Shown here: positions 63,801 through 64,000 of the stretch, one piece after another | Layout: every line of letters starts with the position of its first letter | How positions within the stretch are numbered: the first letter of the stretch is position 1 | NCBI GenBank assembly: GCA_973895155.1 | Contig: OZ316897.1 | Coordinates: forward strand, 13,205,375 to 13,269,374 | Source: Marsupella aquatica | Lineage: Eukaryota > Plantae > Marchantiophyta | Reading direction: 5' to 3' | Length of the DNA stretch: 64,000 nt | Program-made: the position numbers and the translations under genes | Notes under the pieces: generated by a model | Told to the model about the DNA's origin: nothing | The model's input: the letters and a program-made list of their open reading frames with translations, nothing else | The model's database searches: none

Positions 63801-64000
63801 TTGCCACGAAGTTCCTCCAGCCAGTATTGTTTGTTGCCATCAGAATCATCAATATCATTGTCATAAATCTGCATTTCACAGACAATGTCAGATCATAACT
63901 CTGGAATTTATGCAGAGTCCAGGTTTTATACACACAACAACAGAGAGGATCAGATTTGTCTAAATCTACAAACAAGTACAATACTCACTTTAATGTGTTT
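60842..64000 (-). mobile_element. CACTA/EnSpm transposon #3, 3' terminus (continues beyond window end)
   Basis: CACTAGTAGAAAACAATGTATTTTATGACC at 60842, AATGAC/GTCATT subterminal motifs to ~61580, TnpA exons on the minus strand. Predicted TSD GAT. Confidence 0.9.
61926..63874 (-). CDS. CACTA TnpA-like gene, 3' exons
   Basis: ILKRERHKMH...KKWAALV...SKQMTDKRARV...HFGRGG, and last exon IVAEGEV...KFH...LPFAN...ALWN. Homologous to 43467-45590. Confidence 0.8.

Overview
Eukaryotic, intron-containing, transposon-dense plant DNA. The gene and TE repertoire suggests a non-seed land plant (inference). Most of the window is a nest of DNA transposons with readable ends. (1) The right end of a CACTA/EnSpm element (1-10559) carrying an EDM2-type PHD cassette and a ~578-bp satellite. 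(2) A 13.4-kb TIR element (11708-25085) with a Sola1-like DDD transposase. Divergently from the transposase it encodes a ParB-like/DNA amino-methyltransferase-like gene and an FCP1/NIF phosphatase-like gene. About 20 copies of a palindrome (CTCGAGAT-N-ATCTCGAG) were found only inside it. (3) A 346-bp MITE of the same family. (4) A complete 19.7-kb CACTA element (26726-46451, TSD GAA) with TnpD, TnpA and four cargo ORFs (Cys-rich, EDM2-like PHD, tandem BRCT, F-box). Elements 2-4 all sit in introns of one unknown minus-strand gene (10801-47246). To the right are MITEs, a Helitron, a Harbinger relic, a truncated LRR receptor gene and the end of a third CACTA. The best candidate for a new system is the transposon-borne ParB/MTase-like protein with its possible parS-like palindromes. 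Second is CACTA capture of the EDM2 chromatin-reader cassette. All protein family calls are by motif recognition only; no searches were run.
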